Shown: positions 37,201-51,119 of the stretch, one piece after another
Layout of the letters: the number at the start of each line of letters is the position of its first letter
How positions within the stretch are numbered: position 1 is the first letter of the stretch
Source of the DNA: Styela clava
Lineage: Eukaryota
Reading direction: 5' to 3'
Length of the DNA stretch: 64,000 nucleotides
NCBI RefSeq assembly: GCF_964204865.1
Contig: NC_135256.1
Location: forward strand, 21,266,001 to 21,330,000
Made by a program: the position numbers and the translations under genes
The notes under the pieces: generated by a model
What the model saw: only the letters and a program-made list of their open reading frames with translations
What the model was told of the DNA's origin: nothing
Databases searched by the model: none

Positions 37201-40200
37201 TTTCTATTTCAAGATCCAATTTAAACAACACTCGCATATTTACTTCAGCGTTTTTTCTATATTAGCTTTAAAAAGACAAGGTAGGCGATAGCTTGCAACT
37301 GTTTATCAATTTATTTATTTATTTCTGGCGTGTAAATTTACATATGTAATGTCAGAAACTTAGAGGTAATGTGACAAGTGCCTCCGAGTAGATTTTTAAA
37401 AAATAACAGTTTGTCAATTCTGGAATTAGAAACAAATTGAGTCGTTATTATTACAATCTTAAAACATAAATAACGCTAATAAAGTCATTTACCATAATTT
37501 TGCTCATATGACATTACAGCCCGATAGTCGTCGATTCCAACATATTTATTAACGCCATTTTAGGTGAATTTTATGCGTTGCATATCACTTTAAACACCTC
37601 AATTCAGTTCAATTTTCTCAATTGTAATGTCGATTTAATACCTAATATTTCTAAATAATATGGAATATTTTTAAAATAGTATTCATCACAGCGAAATATT
37701 TTTCTACGTCAAAAAAATAAAAAATCGCCAAATAAAATTGAAATGAGCGAAGAGTATATGAACATATGATAGATACGTGTAAAAATACTTCTAAACGCCA
37801 ATATATTTTATTCAATATATATCCTCTGTCTTTTTCTTATTCAATAAAATCATAATATAAATTATGAAGTTCCAAAGGGCAACCTGTCAATTTCTTTAAA
37901 AGCAGCGAAAGGAGATGCGATAAATAATACAAAAATTAACAAATTTCTCTGACAAGAAGCAAATGGCAAAAGAGAAAGAGGAAAGCTAAATAAATGATAT
38001 CACCTACAATTAAGCCTTTAATCCATATCGACGAAAAATAATTGACGTCCGTTGGTCTCATTAGTATCGACTCGCGCCGTGAGGCCAACAGATTTTGAGT
38101 GACTAACTCAATTTTGTAATCAAATAAACTGTTGTGGATAATGTGGCTCGATGTTTTGCAAAGAGATAAAAACTTTTACTGAAAAAAAAAAGTTGGGTTG
38201 AAGTTTTAAAAAATGTTTTTTCTAGACTTTACAGAATAATGGATCAAAAAAAAAAATTTACTTTTGTTGATCTAGCAAACATCCAAATTTATATATGCGT
38301 GTTTTGAGGTATTTTTAAGCAGACTACACATATATATATATATATGAATTGAGATAGGATAGGTATATGGGACGTGCTTTGAGACAATTTACAAATAATG
38401 CGCTTTAAAAATATGATTCTTTTTGCAGTTTTAGGTGGAGGTTGCGTCTTTTAATTTCGTTTAAATTTAAAATGGATTTTCTAATTTTCCATTGGTGTTA
38501 TTGATTGAACTGTATTTATTTCTTTTTCAGTTAATCCAAAAACTGATTGAAAATCCGAATTTTTAAAGTTTTTTTTTCTTCATCTATCAATAGTTGCAAA
38601 AAGAACAAATCCGATTATCGACTTTTGTGCATTGCAGATTGTGAATATTACATTGTGTCAACTTTGTTTTTAATATCACTCTATAATGTCATCGGTCGTT
38701 TCTTGGCATTGCCGTAATGCCAAGAAGGGAAGGTCAAAAAGTAGTTATGTGCAACGAATATAGTTCTGTATTTCATTATTTATATATATAGCGATTTTAG
38801 TACCACTGGGTAAAATTTGTTAACAATGCTTGTTGCGAGGTTTTTATTTGAACTAGAAACAAATGCCTTCCAGAATCCGCGGTTACACTAATTTACTCGT
38901 TTTCATACTAAAATAGCTTTAAAATGCTAGTTCGTGCTAATAAAGACGTGGGCAAGAAAAAGACCACTTAATTATAGAATACACATTCGGGATTCAAAAA
39001 TATAAAGTATAGCATATTTTCCTTGCGTGATAATGTCAGTGTAGAAACGAATAGAACAAAACAGGAAACGAAAGTTGTGAAATGAAACATCACTATTATT
39101 TCCGTGCTATGCATAAAAGAATAACTATAACCAATTAAACAAAAATAAATTACATTACATACTCGTCGAAATCCATCTGCTGCGAAAGTCGCTGTCATCT
39201 GACGGACATCTTGACATCTGAATGAAACGATCCGCACGATACTGCACAACATTGTTGATTAGTAATTTGCCATCATGTACGTAATTGTCTAATAATGCGC
39301 CCTTCGATTGATAATGATTATAATTTGATTATGATTATAGTAAAACAAATATAGGCTTTATTTACTCAAATGGAATTCAAATACTGAATTATACTTCGAC
39401 TCACTTATACATTATTACGCAACCACTACTCAACGAAAGTTGGAGATTAGGTTAGACTTAACAAGTGACAAAGTGATCAGTCGAAACATTGCCTCTACGC
39501 TTGAGATACGCAAGGTCAAACAGGTCGAGGAGCAAAATCTTGGTTTGTATGTATACGCTTATATGCTTTGTCTCAGGTTGGGGCAACTATTTGAAAAATA
39601 TTTAGCCGTTTCAAATCACGTAAGAATCTTGTAAGCTGTCAAATCGAAGCGTTTCCAGTATTCTTCCAAATTCTTGTGGTTGCATATTGATTTGTGTAAT
39701 TTATATGATAATGCACAAACCTTTATTCAGTGTAAATCAATATCTTTGAAATATTGAAATTTGCATTCAAATAACGGCATGTCTGTTGTATTTACATAAT
39801 GTTAAAGCAATGTCTATAATTTTGATTTAGATTGACTGGTATCGTTTACTACAGAGGATAATTACTAAGAAATCATTGACTTATGATACACAAGTTTTGG
39901 TGGATTCGAAAAACTATATGTCTAACTTGTCTACATTGATGTCGGCGACAAAGCCCAAGTAAGTGAATATCGATATTATACCAATGGCATTAAAGCAGAT
40001 TTTATTTTTCCTGTCAAATTTCACGATATATATCTGTTAACTTCATTCATCAGAATGGACGTTAAATTTATTTTGATGCTTATATTTCCAGGTTTGTCCA
40101 TGGGACATATTTTTCTGTCCCATCCCATAGAAATTCAAACCTTTCCCATCCCATGGGATTCCCATTGGAAATAATTTCCAATAAAAAATGCTAAATTTAG

Positions 40201-43200
40201 GTTTAGCGTCTACTGAATAGGACTACATGTACAAAGGGGCGTACAAAACAAAGAAATTTATTGACTTTGTTAACTTTAAAAATTGGGAAATATCATATAA
40301 CTAACAAGAGAGATATGCTCAAATATATGGACACGGGGTCCATAACGAAATTTTTGGCCACCAATTTCGCAAAAAACATACGATATTCGGAACGAACCTG
40401 AACAGCCACGGTAACTTACCAGTACCTGTATCAGGGCACCAGTAACAGTGCGCGGACTTCCTAGCTTTTCTATGTCCTGTGAAAATGATCTATTCTACAT
40501 GATCTAGATTTTAAAACCGTGTTTCCATGAGTAAAAAATAATAAAGCAAAATTTCGGATGAAATATCAGATCTCATAGCATTCATAGAAAATTTAGGAAT
40601 AAATGAAAGTAATAGTTTAGGAGAAAGGCGATTTTTTCATGTCGATAAAAAAATTCGGGTCCCACGTGTCCCATGAGAAATACAAATGTGTGCTGTCCCA
40701 TCCCATTTCCCATGGACAGCCTGTATATTTCACAAAATACAAAGTAATGGTGTTTTAACAATAAACTAGTATAAGAAACATGATTGACTATATCAACGAT
40801 AAACTAGTAGGGATGGGAGGAGTCCGGATTGGGCGAATCTGAGTAAAAGTCCAATAACTCGATTCGGATTCGTTAATTTGGCCCGCCTGGCGTTAATGAG
40901 AAATTTTTAGATGTCAATATTGGTTTTAGCTACGGTACTGTACGTCGTAGTGATTGCTAAAAATTGTGTTGCACTACCCATGCGATTGGTAGAACAGTTG
41001 CTCCTAATCTGCTGTTCTCATAGTAACCTATTTCTGGTAGTAATCGAGATCTTCAGTAACTAACAAAAATTCTTATTCTGGGAGGTATTTAAATAAATTT
41101 CTACTTAAAGAAGGAATGATTTTATTAACCGCAATATTTTGGTATATTAGTTTTAGGGCGTTCTAAATTTTCTCTTGGCCTGTGTGTAAAATTAGAGAGC
41201 GTTTTGTATACGCTGCGTTTTTTAACACGATTTAAAGAAAAACTTACTGTTAATAAGGTGAGAGTAAATTAAATGATTTCGTAGACGAATAATGATATTT
41301 TTCGATTCTGGATAGAGTGATACTGACTCCCATCTGCTTGACATAAAATCACGCAATCGCGGAACTTAAATTTCCTATTCGAGATTCCGCGTGATATAAA
41401 ATCCTTGGTTATAACAGTTACAGTATTCAGTCACAAAATTAATATTTGTATTACACTAAACAATATTGTTGTTTGGGTTTTGAGAGAAGTTGCATAATGT
41501 TTGTTCTATTGAATCCAACGGTACACGGTATTCAAAAAGCAATGGGATTGCAATTCCTATATTTGATACACCATGTTGTTTCGGAATATTCAATGAAAGC
41601 TCTAATCAGCATTCACTAAAATGCTGTTGAACCAACACACTGAATAATATTGTTGGTTTATTGTTGGCTATGGTTCGTGTTTATTTTAGTGAATTTGCAT
41701 ATATATTTTCCTATTGGATTCAGTCGAACGTGTGTATATAACAGAAATAGGTAGTGTGATACGCGTCACGCAAGAGGTTGAGAAAATCTTCATTCTGATT
41801 GACGGGCGATAGCGTCGAAAGAAGTGAACAATACCTGACCAAATATTGTTACGCACTACAGATGTAAACGTACACAGTGAAGGCGTCAATTACTAAACAA
41901 TAGAATTGAATCCTTGAACTCGTTTAAAAGATACAGGCTTGATATCAAATCCAAGTTCTCGAAATATAAGAATTCGTCTGGAATCCAAATCTCGGCTAAT
42001 CCCTGGAAAATCATAGCTGAGCCCCGTCTCTCTCTCTCTCTCTCTCTTTCTTTAAATTTCAATGCTGATTTTTACGTTTAATTTTTGTGAAAACCAAAGA
42101 TCAACTTTAACAAAGAATTCCCCACTTAACGAAATGTCGCGGATAACTTATATTTATTAATAAACTTATATTTATTTCTAACATAGAACACTTCATAACT
42201 ACATGATGTGGAGATCTGTTGTGACAAAGGCGAACTTCTTGTCAACGCCATTTCGAAAGGCGATGTTGGAATTTTCAACTGCTCTGCTTGGACCCAGGGT
42301 AAGTTGGTCAAAATATCAGTACTGTATCAATAATGGTCAAGAGCCAGTTCTAAGTGGCGAGACATGTCAAAAAATACAAGTTTTATTTGTAGTACTGCCA
42401 AACAAAATATTAAAGAAAATGGTTTGTTTGAAGCTTGGCTGAAATGATACGATACATTAAAATTGAACTTTTGTAGGACTGCGTAAATAAAAATATTTTA
42501 TATGGTTTTCTAAAAATCAGTTGAAATAGTGAACTAGATACTGGATGGCGTGGGTACATAGTCCACCAACAAATTTAATAATCTGGTTTTAAACGTTATG
42601 GCGGACCTAAAATACCCCTTTTATTATACCGCGCACTCATTAATTCACATGTCACAGATAAAAAGGGATTGCACTATTAATACAATCTTAAGAGTAAAAT
42701 ACTTCTATATGCATTACGAACATAAATCACATATGATCTGTTCATATTTCACAGTTCATTTCAGATTGTATATGAAAAAATCAATTTTGTACTTGTGAAA
42801 AATCCAGACTGTGTGCACAGTTATGACATTCGATACTCTTAATCTTTTCTGTAAACACATATTCGTGATATTTTTTGCAAGTTTGTGGTTTTTAGAAATT
42901 ACACGAAATATTTAAAAGTTTGCGTTTGTTTGCGTTTTGTCTTTTACGCTTGTCCGCTTAAAGAGCAATCCAATTATCTGATATGCAACGTAACCTAAAA
43001 CGAGGAAATATTGAAAAAGTTGTCTATGATGTACAGTCGTAAACAAAATATCGGGTTGTGATGCATATGTGTATATATATATACATAGTGGGTTTTTTAT
43101 TACGTTAGTTCAAAAATCATTGATGTGTGATGATGTACAAATTGGTTATATTGTTATAGACTTCGACAGAAAAGATAAAAATGCGATATTGTCATCTGCA

Positions 43201-46200
43201 TATGTAGATTATTGTGCTACAAGTATAATAATATAGCAATAGCCACTGACATGATTTTTATATTGTAGCAAGAGCGCCCTCTGTGGCGGGAATGTCTAGG
43301 AAAAGTAAACAAGCACTTTGGAGCAGCAACAGGTGCCATGTTTGTTAGAGAAGCTTTTCCTGTTGAATCAAAACGAAATGTAAGAATATTTTTACTGATA
43401 TCGTTTTAATGCAATCGTAAGTGAGGAGAAACATAATTCTTTAACCCTAAATTAATTATTTCTAGTTTGTCTTGATTCGTATTCTACTCTACTATCTACT
43501 GCAATACCATGTTAGAATGCACATCTTTTTACTTGCTTGCTAACATGGTGTATGGCTTAGATATTTTTTTTATCCACTCATATAAGGGCGGTAATTATTT
43601 CATTTTGTTATAACTCATATTCTAAATGTCTTGGGTTAACTTTCTACCAAATGCGCCCGACACAATTATATATTATTACCATTGATGGCACTTTTGATTT
43701 TTGATATTTTTATTACATTTGGTTTAATTAACGTACCGATTTCTTTTGATTCAGATTGAAGGAATGGTGAAAAACATAAAAGATGCTTTCAGAAGAAACT
43801 TAGGAAATGTAAAATGGATGGACGACAATACCAGGAGAGTTGCAGTTGGCAAGGTCAGTTTAAACTTTTGTTTTGCCGAACTATTTACATGAAACTTTTC
43901 ATAAATTCCTATCATAAACCTTTTGTATGTATGAGTATTTGGGGTTCTGGATTCTAAAATTATACTCTGAGATTTATAAAGAACTACCGAATTAAATATC
44001 GATTGTGTCCACCGTATTACAACCCTATATCTTTGGTAGTGTTTCCGAATTGTGAACGTTTACATAAAAAATAACTTGTTGATGTGCATCATTCTATTCG
44101 TTTTATTATTTTAATATAATTCACTCCAGCTCAATGATATGTCTGTTGAAGTTGGTTATCAAGAAGAATTATTGAATGATCCGCAATCGCTGAATAAAGA
44201 ATATATGGTAAGGCTAGATTTCTTCGGTGTATATATGCTTCCTCTGTAAAAGATGTTGATTGTTTCCATTGAAAATAATAAGGTATTTCGCTCAGAAAGA
44301 GAGCCGTGGAGGCGGTCAACTGATAGTACATTTATCACACATTTTATGTGTCTTGTTGTCTTTTTATAATCGCCTATTTTTTATAACCTCAATTATTGGG
44401 TGATGTGATGGCTAGTAGATTATTTTTGTATTTATTTCTTTTTAATTCTGTCCTAAATAAATATGCTGGCAATTTTTGCGCGGAGTATAAAAATAGAAAT
44501 CGAAATTTAGATGTGGGCAAATCTTCAAGTCGTTTCAATGAAACGATTCCGGTATACAATTTAACTATTTGTGTACGAACCACCCCTATATAGGCAACAG
44601 AATGAATGCTGTTCTACATGCCGATTGCCATAAATACTCGTTAGAATGCTGTAATTCTAATTTACTTATTACTTTACAGTTTGATGTTGACGAAAATTCA
44701 TTCTACAAGAATATTCTCAATAGCGTCAGATTTAAAATTTCACAAAGAGTCGACACATTGTTCGCTTCACCAGATGTGAAAGAGTAAGATACATGAATGA
44801 TAATATCTTTTCGTGATTTTTCCACAATATTATCAATATATTAGTTGTTTTTCTTTTAAAGCAATTCACGAAAAGAGACTATGCAGCCTTCTATTTAGAT
44901 AAAACAGAAGGGCCTTGAATTTTTTCGAAAATGCAATTCTGAAGCAGCAGTGAAGTAAAAACAAACTTTTCAATAAAACCCGCTCACATATTTTACACAA
45001 TCCATTAAACCACAACTGTGAAAAAGTTTTTGCTGCTGAGAATTAGTAAACCTTGATCAGAAAACCTAAACTATATTCAATCATTTTCCACAGGTGGAAT
45101 TTGTCTCCGCAAACAATGAACGCCTATTATTCTCCTGCAATAAATCAAGTATTCTTTCCTGCTGGATTACTACAATCTCCTTTATACAACCCGAAATTTA
45201 CAGCGTGAGTATATGTATTTTATTCCTTTAAAATTACTTAAGCTATGTTTCGAGCACAAATGCTGACGGGAATATCGAACATTCAATCTAGTTGCAAATA
45301 AACTTCCAGTATGCCAAATATACCAAGAAATTATACACATAAAGATTGAGAAAACAGTGTATTAGCAATAAATTCCTTAGAGCAGAGGAAGAGAGCTTTT
45401 GCGATAACTGCATTGTTTATTATTGTAATATTTTTGCCGACTAATCGTATAGAACAGGGGTGTGCAACAAGCGGCATGCGGGCCAAACCCGGCCCGCCGA
45501 GCCATTTAGTGAGGCCCACTCTGATTTTTCCCCATCAGGCATAAAATCCTGATCCGACAGATTGGGTTTAAAACGGTGCTGGCTTGGGTAAAAATACACA
45601 ATTAGTCAGTTAAAGGTAGATGCAACTTCTGTCAAAGCTGATGTTAACAATCAATGCAAGAACTCGAAACTTCAAGTGTCCTACCAAAATGATAAATAAA
45701 TGGAATTTTTCGAAAATTTAATTTTTCGTGGGGTCCAGCTACATGTCTAAAGTTGGTTAGAAGGTATTATCAAATCCAACTTTTCTTATTTTCACCTTCG
45801 GCTCCATTCATTCGTATATCAAGATATTGTAACATATATTTTTCATTTAGGGCGTTGAATTATGGGGGAATTGGATCAATGATTGGTCACGAAGTTACAC
45901 ACGGATATGATTCTTTAGGTATGATGATTTCTGTTTTTGATTTAGATAATTATAAATTCTTCAAGACGGATATATATATATATAAAGCCCATACAAACAG
46001 AAAATTTGCAATGATTGATTTCGTGTTAGCGTTTCGCATTCCTTTAAATATGCCTTCAGTAATCACAATTAAACTGTTTTGTGATGTCTATACACATAAC
46101 CATAGTCTGTTTTTATTTGAATGTCAGATTATTGCACAAAAAACTAATTTAGAATATTAGCGTTTTCAGAATCATTTTACAAGCCCCACCAATCTGTGAG

Positions 46201-48921
46201 CTGTACACTTCCTTTCAAATTGATTCCAAAATGTTATCTTTACTCATACTCCAACTCCAACCCTTGAACACGAAATGAATTTGACACCGCAATGCAACTT
46301 TCCACAAACAATCTACTTTTAGGACATTCATACCAGGTTAACTGTGTGTCGAGGAACCCTTTCACGTACACAAATTTCCGGAACCCTAAATTTTAAAATT
46401 TATCGAAACAATAGAATTTGTAAATCATACTGAAATTTGTCCAAATAAATTTTTTCTACCTTTGGATGCAAGTTTTACTGCATACCAAGGCGACCAAATT
46501 AAAAGACTTGTTATTATAGTGTATGCCCCATACACTCAAACAGGCGAGAAATACGACAGAGGTGGCAAATACAACCCTTGGTGGTCAAAGCCCTCATCAA
46601 TCCGATACAAACAACGATCTCAATGTCTCATCAACCAATATTCCAAATTTTCGATTGGGGATCTTTACGTGAGTATTGAAGATAAAAGGATGGTGCTTTA
46701 CTTAATCAGTAGACAGAGTATAGATACTTGATTAGAAATTTTATTATCAGACTACACAATTAAATAAATAATATCTGACATCAAATAGAGCGGGATATTA
46801 TTCTCATACGTTTGTAAGTCGTAACGCGGGCTGCATTTTTGAAATTAAAATGTGTCTTCAGTTAATTAAGTCAATATTATTGAACGGCAACAGCAGTAAA
46901 GATCGAGAAACGCAAAAAAATGATTAAGTAACTAATAGTTTTTGATATAATAAAGTAAATGTGCATTTCTGTGACGTTTTAGCTGACAGAGGTCAGAATA
47001 ATAATAATAACATGATAAAGGGCTGGATATGTATATTTGAAGTTGACGTCGGTTCGTCATATTTATAGATAAACTTGACCAATCGTTAGTAATAATCGCA
47101 CGTAGAATATATATGATTTGAACAAATAACCAGCTTTGTCTGGTGTAAGCTTGCACGAACATTAGTGTAGAAAATGCGATTACATGGCTAGTTGAAGAAG
47201 CCATTAGTTGATATGAAGCCACGTGGAAACAAGACGTTTAAAAAGTTGCAGTTGAATGTGATGTTTGTCATATCATATTAAGCTTTCAACGACACAACAC
47301 CGTCATTCCATTCGCGATTTACTTCAGGCGAAAAACGAGTCAAGATTTCCAAAATTTAATATAATTGACGTAGATTTCTCCAACTTATACTAATTCCACC
47401 TCTATTATTTAAAACCGTTTTTTTAATTGGATTTTACAACAACACATGAAATATTTGTGCTGTGATTATACGATTTTGACTAATTTCATATAAGCAGTGA
47501 AGGTCAAAGGTGAACACCATGAGTGACACTAAAATTCATGTACACAAGAATAATAATTAGATAAATATTGTTGTTGCAAGTTCGTAATCGCACCATACGT
47601 TGGAATTGCCCCTAAAAATAACAGAAAATTTCACTACTTTTTACGACAAGCAGAACTATAGTTACATAATGGACTTTCAAGCTTTTTGAATGAGGAACGA
47701 TGGCACTTGATGACCATTACCGCGCTGATCTGATCACTTAAGTGTTTCTCATCAATAATTTGGTCACTCAAGTTATCATCAACAATAGCCATTTTGCTAC
47801 AAGTCCATTTTTCTCACTAACAATTTACTTTACTCGTTATGTTATTCCCATCTTGGAAAAGCATTATTGTTCCTGTACTCTCGTTGGATAATGTGATATT
47901 TCTTCAACAATTTCATACAGGTCAATGGAGCAAATACACTCAACGAGAATATAGCAGATATCGCTGGGTTGAAAGTCGCGTACATGGTAACTATCGAAAC
48001 AACTAGTGCGAGAATCCTGATATGTATAAGAACATTTTTCACTTTAAAACTATCTCGATGGTTTCTGACATTTTTATAGAATCGAACTGTTGCCAGCCCA
48101 TTTTATTGCCAGTGGTGTCTTTGAAAGCCATAAACAAGATAGATGTCATAAAAAAAATATTTTCAACGGTCCCGGTATTAAGCTTAATGGGATATGTACC
48201 CTTGCTTTCAAGCAACTTTTGAAATTATCCAAAACCTTTGTGGTATTTTTAGTATAAAAATTACAGCGCTTTTTAAAAACTAAATTTACATTTTTTCACG
48301 TGTTGTACAAAACCTTAAAACCCCCAGATTCGTTTCTTTTTTTCATATCACATTTGTAACGTCACATTCAGGCTTACAAGTATTGGTCAGAGACAAATGT
48401 AAACAATGAAGAGAACAAAAAGCAATTGCCAGGTCTGGGGCTCACGAACCAACAACTATTTTTTGTTGGATTTGCACAAACTTGGTGTATGAAACGGCTA
48501 CCTTCTTCTTACCGATTACAATTTTTGCAAGACCAACATGCTCCTGAAAGATTTAGGTAAAGTAGCTCATAACGAAACGTTTTATCCAACCCTATTTATA
48601 ATCAATAATTTTTTAAATGGGTTGCAATTCTACCATTGATTGCTGCCTCATTCATAATGATTTATTGGGAAACTACAAAACCAGAATTTAGCCTGTTTAA
48701 CACTCAATATCTGAATTGGATTATGCCTTATTATATATCTACATTTAAAATCTAAAAAAAGTGTTTAAGTGCATTTCAAATATACGATATTTTCTTCTAA
48801 ACGCGACATATTTCTTTTTAGAGTACTCGGCGGAGTCAGCCAATACAAAGAATTTGCAAAAGCTTTTAATTGTCCAACAAGAACACCAATGAACCCAGAT
48901 AAAAGATGTCTCGTGTGGTGA
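28222..48921 (+). CDS. M13 family (neprilysin/endothelin-converting enzyme-like) zinc metallopeptidase, type II membrane, 18 coding exons, ~1151 aa
   Basis: Exons 28222-29674, 29908-30113, 33169-33405, 34018-34080, 34493-34615, 34877-34963, 39831-39958, 42187-42298, 43269-43379, 43755-43853, 44130-44207, 44680-44783, 45094-45204, 45851-45918, 46544-46668, 47921-47986, 48372-48556, 48822-48921. All GT-AG; total 3456 nt in frame. Motifs: [87 protein letters not shown]. Confidence 0.95.
31853..32009. mobile_element. MITE with ttgaaccc repeats and a ctaaccctaaccc motif (related motifs at ~11620-11710)
   Basis: TIR acatttgaaccca / tgggttcaaatgt; repeated tgaaccc/tgcaccc units. Confidence 0.6.
36323..36534. 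mobile_element. MITE of the same family in an M13 peptidase intron
   Basis: TIRs ctccagaagtatgtgtacca / tggtacacatacttcgggag; shares ccgaactcgtaatagaactaaaataaggaa...tggcctaaccctaacc. Confidence 0.75.
40089..40723. mobile_element. hAT-family non-autonomous element with a nested HINE-like insertion (from ~40304)
   Basis: TIRs caggtttgtccatggga / tcccatggacagcctg; perfect 8-bp TSD tatatttc (40081-40088, 40724-40731); subterminal cccatcccat repeats. Confidence 0.85.
42027..42050. repeat. (CT)n microsatellite
   Basis: tctctctctctctctctctc run in an M13 peptidase intron. Confidence 0.9.
45455..45520 (+). mobile_element. hAT/Charlie-like left-end fragment
   Basis: caggggtgtgcaac...gcgggcc...cggcccgccgagcc, the typical Charlie-type GC-rich subterminal pattern. 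Confidence 0.5.
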
Positions 48922-49725
48922 TCGATAACAATGATGCAATTTCATAACGTTAAATTACTGATTACAACTGAAAATTTGTTGTGATTCACTTTATTACGAT
49001 ATGGAACATGCGTTTCAATTATCAAAATTAAGAGGCATAAAAATCCATCTTATTTGTATTATAGATCCATCCATGCATGATTGTTATTTCCATTTTCCCA
49101 TTTGCCTTAGCAACTGTACATTCAATGTATGTCCAGAATCTATATACTTTTTAACTGAAAATATTTTTCAATATTAAAGTTATATTTAATTTTGAATATT
49201 TCGCCAGTAACAACACAGGTCGTTTTAATACAAATAATAAAAAATTTCAATACATTCGTCATACTAATAACCCTTGGGATATGTGTGAAAGTGAGAAACT
49301 CCTAAAAAAATATATGCTCGATTTTAATTCGGTATATCAAAACAGATGACAAATTTAAATTTTTTTTGTTATTGATATTAACCATACATCTTTGACTGAA
49401 CCTTTTACTGTACTTTGTGTAATTTTATTTTAAATGTTTTATATAATGATCATGTCACAAAGTAAAATTTATTACAAATATATTGTCACAACAGACATGC
49501 GATGTCTAAGGTTCGGACTTCTTTGCTTCAGACATGGCAGGCTCACATTTGCGCAATCTATAAACCACACTACGAAGATACACTTTCCAAATATAACAGG
49601 TTTATATCACTAACATTCACTACTATAAAATAAATATTTTTGTACTAATGATTAAAAAGGGAATATTTGGGAAATACTCGATCATAAAAAATATTTACAA
49701 TAACATTTTATCACGTTATACATCC

Positions 49726-50097
49726 CGTGTTTCCCCGAAAATAAGATCTAGCCTGAATTTTAAAAATTAAAAAAATCCCTCCCTTTAAAATAAGACCTAG
49801 TCGATAGCGCAAATTTTTTTTTGGCCTAGTTGATAGCAAGAAAAACCTCTCCTACACGTTTTAAATGAATAATAATCTATGTTTATCAGTTATTTCAAAT
49901 GAAAACGTGTTATTTATAAGTAAATCGATATCGGTTTTCAAATTTTGTATATAACCGAAAATCTCGTAATTCTCTACTTTGTAATTTTGTTTTTCAAAAA
50001 TGAAAATAAAAAATACATCCTCCGAAAAAAGCCCTAGTGTTTTTATTTTCGAAAGAAAATTGAAATGAAACCCAATTTTATTTTAGAGGAAACACGG
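49726..50097. mobile_element. Tc1/pogo (Tigger-like) MITE
   Basis: TIRs ccgtgtttccccgaaaataa / ttattttagaggaaacacgg followed by TA; duplicated aaaataaga.ctag subterminal motif. Confidence 0.7.
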
Positions 50098-50339
50098 TAT
50101 AATATACTTCCAAAAGGATAATAAACTAAAAAAATGACTTTAAACGAAACCCGCACTCTATGAACAAGAATGCACACGTGGTATAAGGAAATGAAGGGAA
50201 GAAATAGGCATTAATAAAATGTTCCTACTTGTCCTCGACTAATAAAAGAAAACTCTTACGCTATATATTAATATAACTGGTTACCATGAAATGTAAATTT
50301 TAAAATATACAGCAATGTAAACATTTTGACATCCTGGAC

Positions 50340-50945
50340 CAGTGGTTCCCAACGTTGATTGACCGGGGGCCAAAATTAGAAGCGAATATTTGCCGGCGGG
50401 ATTCAGGTCGCGCTCAAGCGCCATGACAAAATTGACAAAAAAAAGAGGCTGCAAGTATGATTTTAGATACACCTAGCATCGCAGTTTGTCACGTAATAAA
50501 ATTAATAATAAATATATTAGTTGTTAGGTGATAGAATCTCTGACCAATTACAATCCCGACTTTCCACAAGGAAATTGCAAGTGATAGTGATGGCGATTAT
50601 TGTTATGTTCCTTCAGAACTGGAATAGTTAGCTGGGAAAGAAGACGAATCGAAATTTTGATTATTTTTAATTAGGAAATAAGAACGCTGTCATTTATCCA
50701 ACCACCGTTTTTAGATTCTAGTTTTCGTTTTTTTATTGACTGCGTATGTAATCCTAATACCGGTATAATTGAATTGATACAAATATACACGTGCTTAAAC
50801 TGTGATGACGTAACCAATGGCGGTACCTAGAACGCAGAAAGATAAAAACATAAAGTGTTAAACTATTTCACTCAAGTTCGGCGAGTCATATTAAATTGTT
50901 ACGCGGGCCGTAATTGGCCCGCGGGTCGCGCTTCAGGAACCACTG
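50340..50945. mobile_element. hAT/Charlie-like MITE
   Basis: Ends cagtggttcc...ggaaccactg; near-TSD tcctggac/ttctagac (NTCTAGAN-type target); gcgggcc...ggcccgcggg subterminal palindromes. Confidence 0.8.
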
Positions 50946-51119
50946 TTCTAGACAATCTTTAGAAAACTTCATATAATGTTCATGGCAAAATTTACTGTTT
51001 TGAAAATGCAATATTTTCATTACAGTTAATTACTCACGATATTATTTATGGTGAAAAATCCTGAGTTATTGATATTCACAGATAAAAAGTATAGTTAAGT
51101 ATAGTTACTGTTGAAATCA

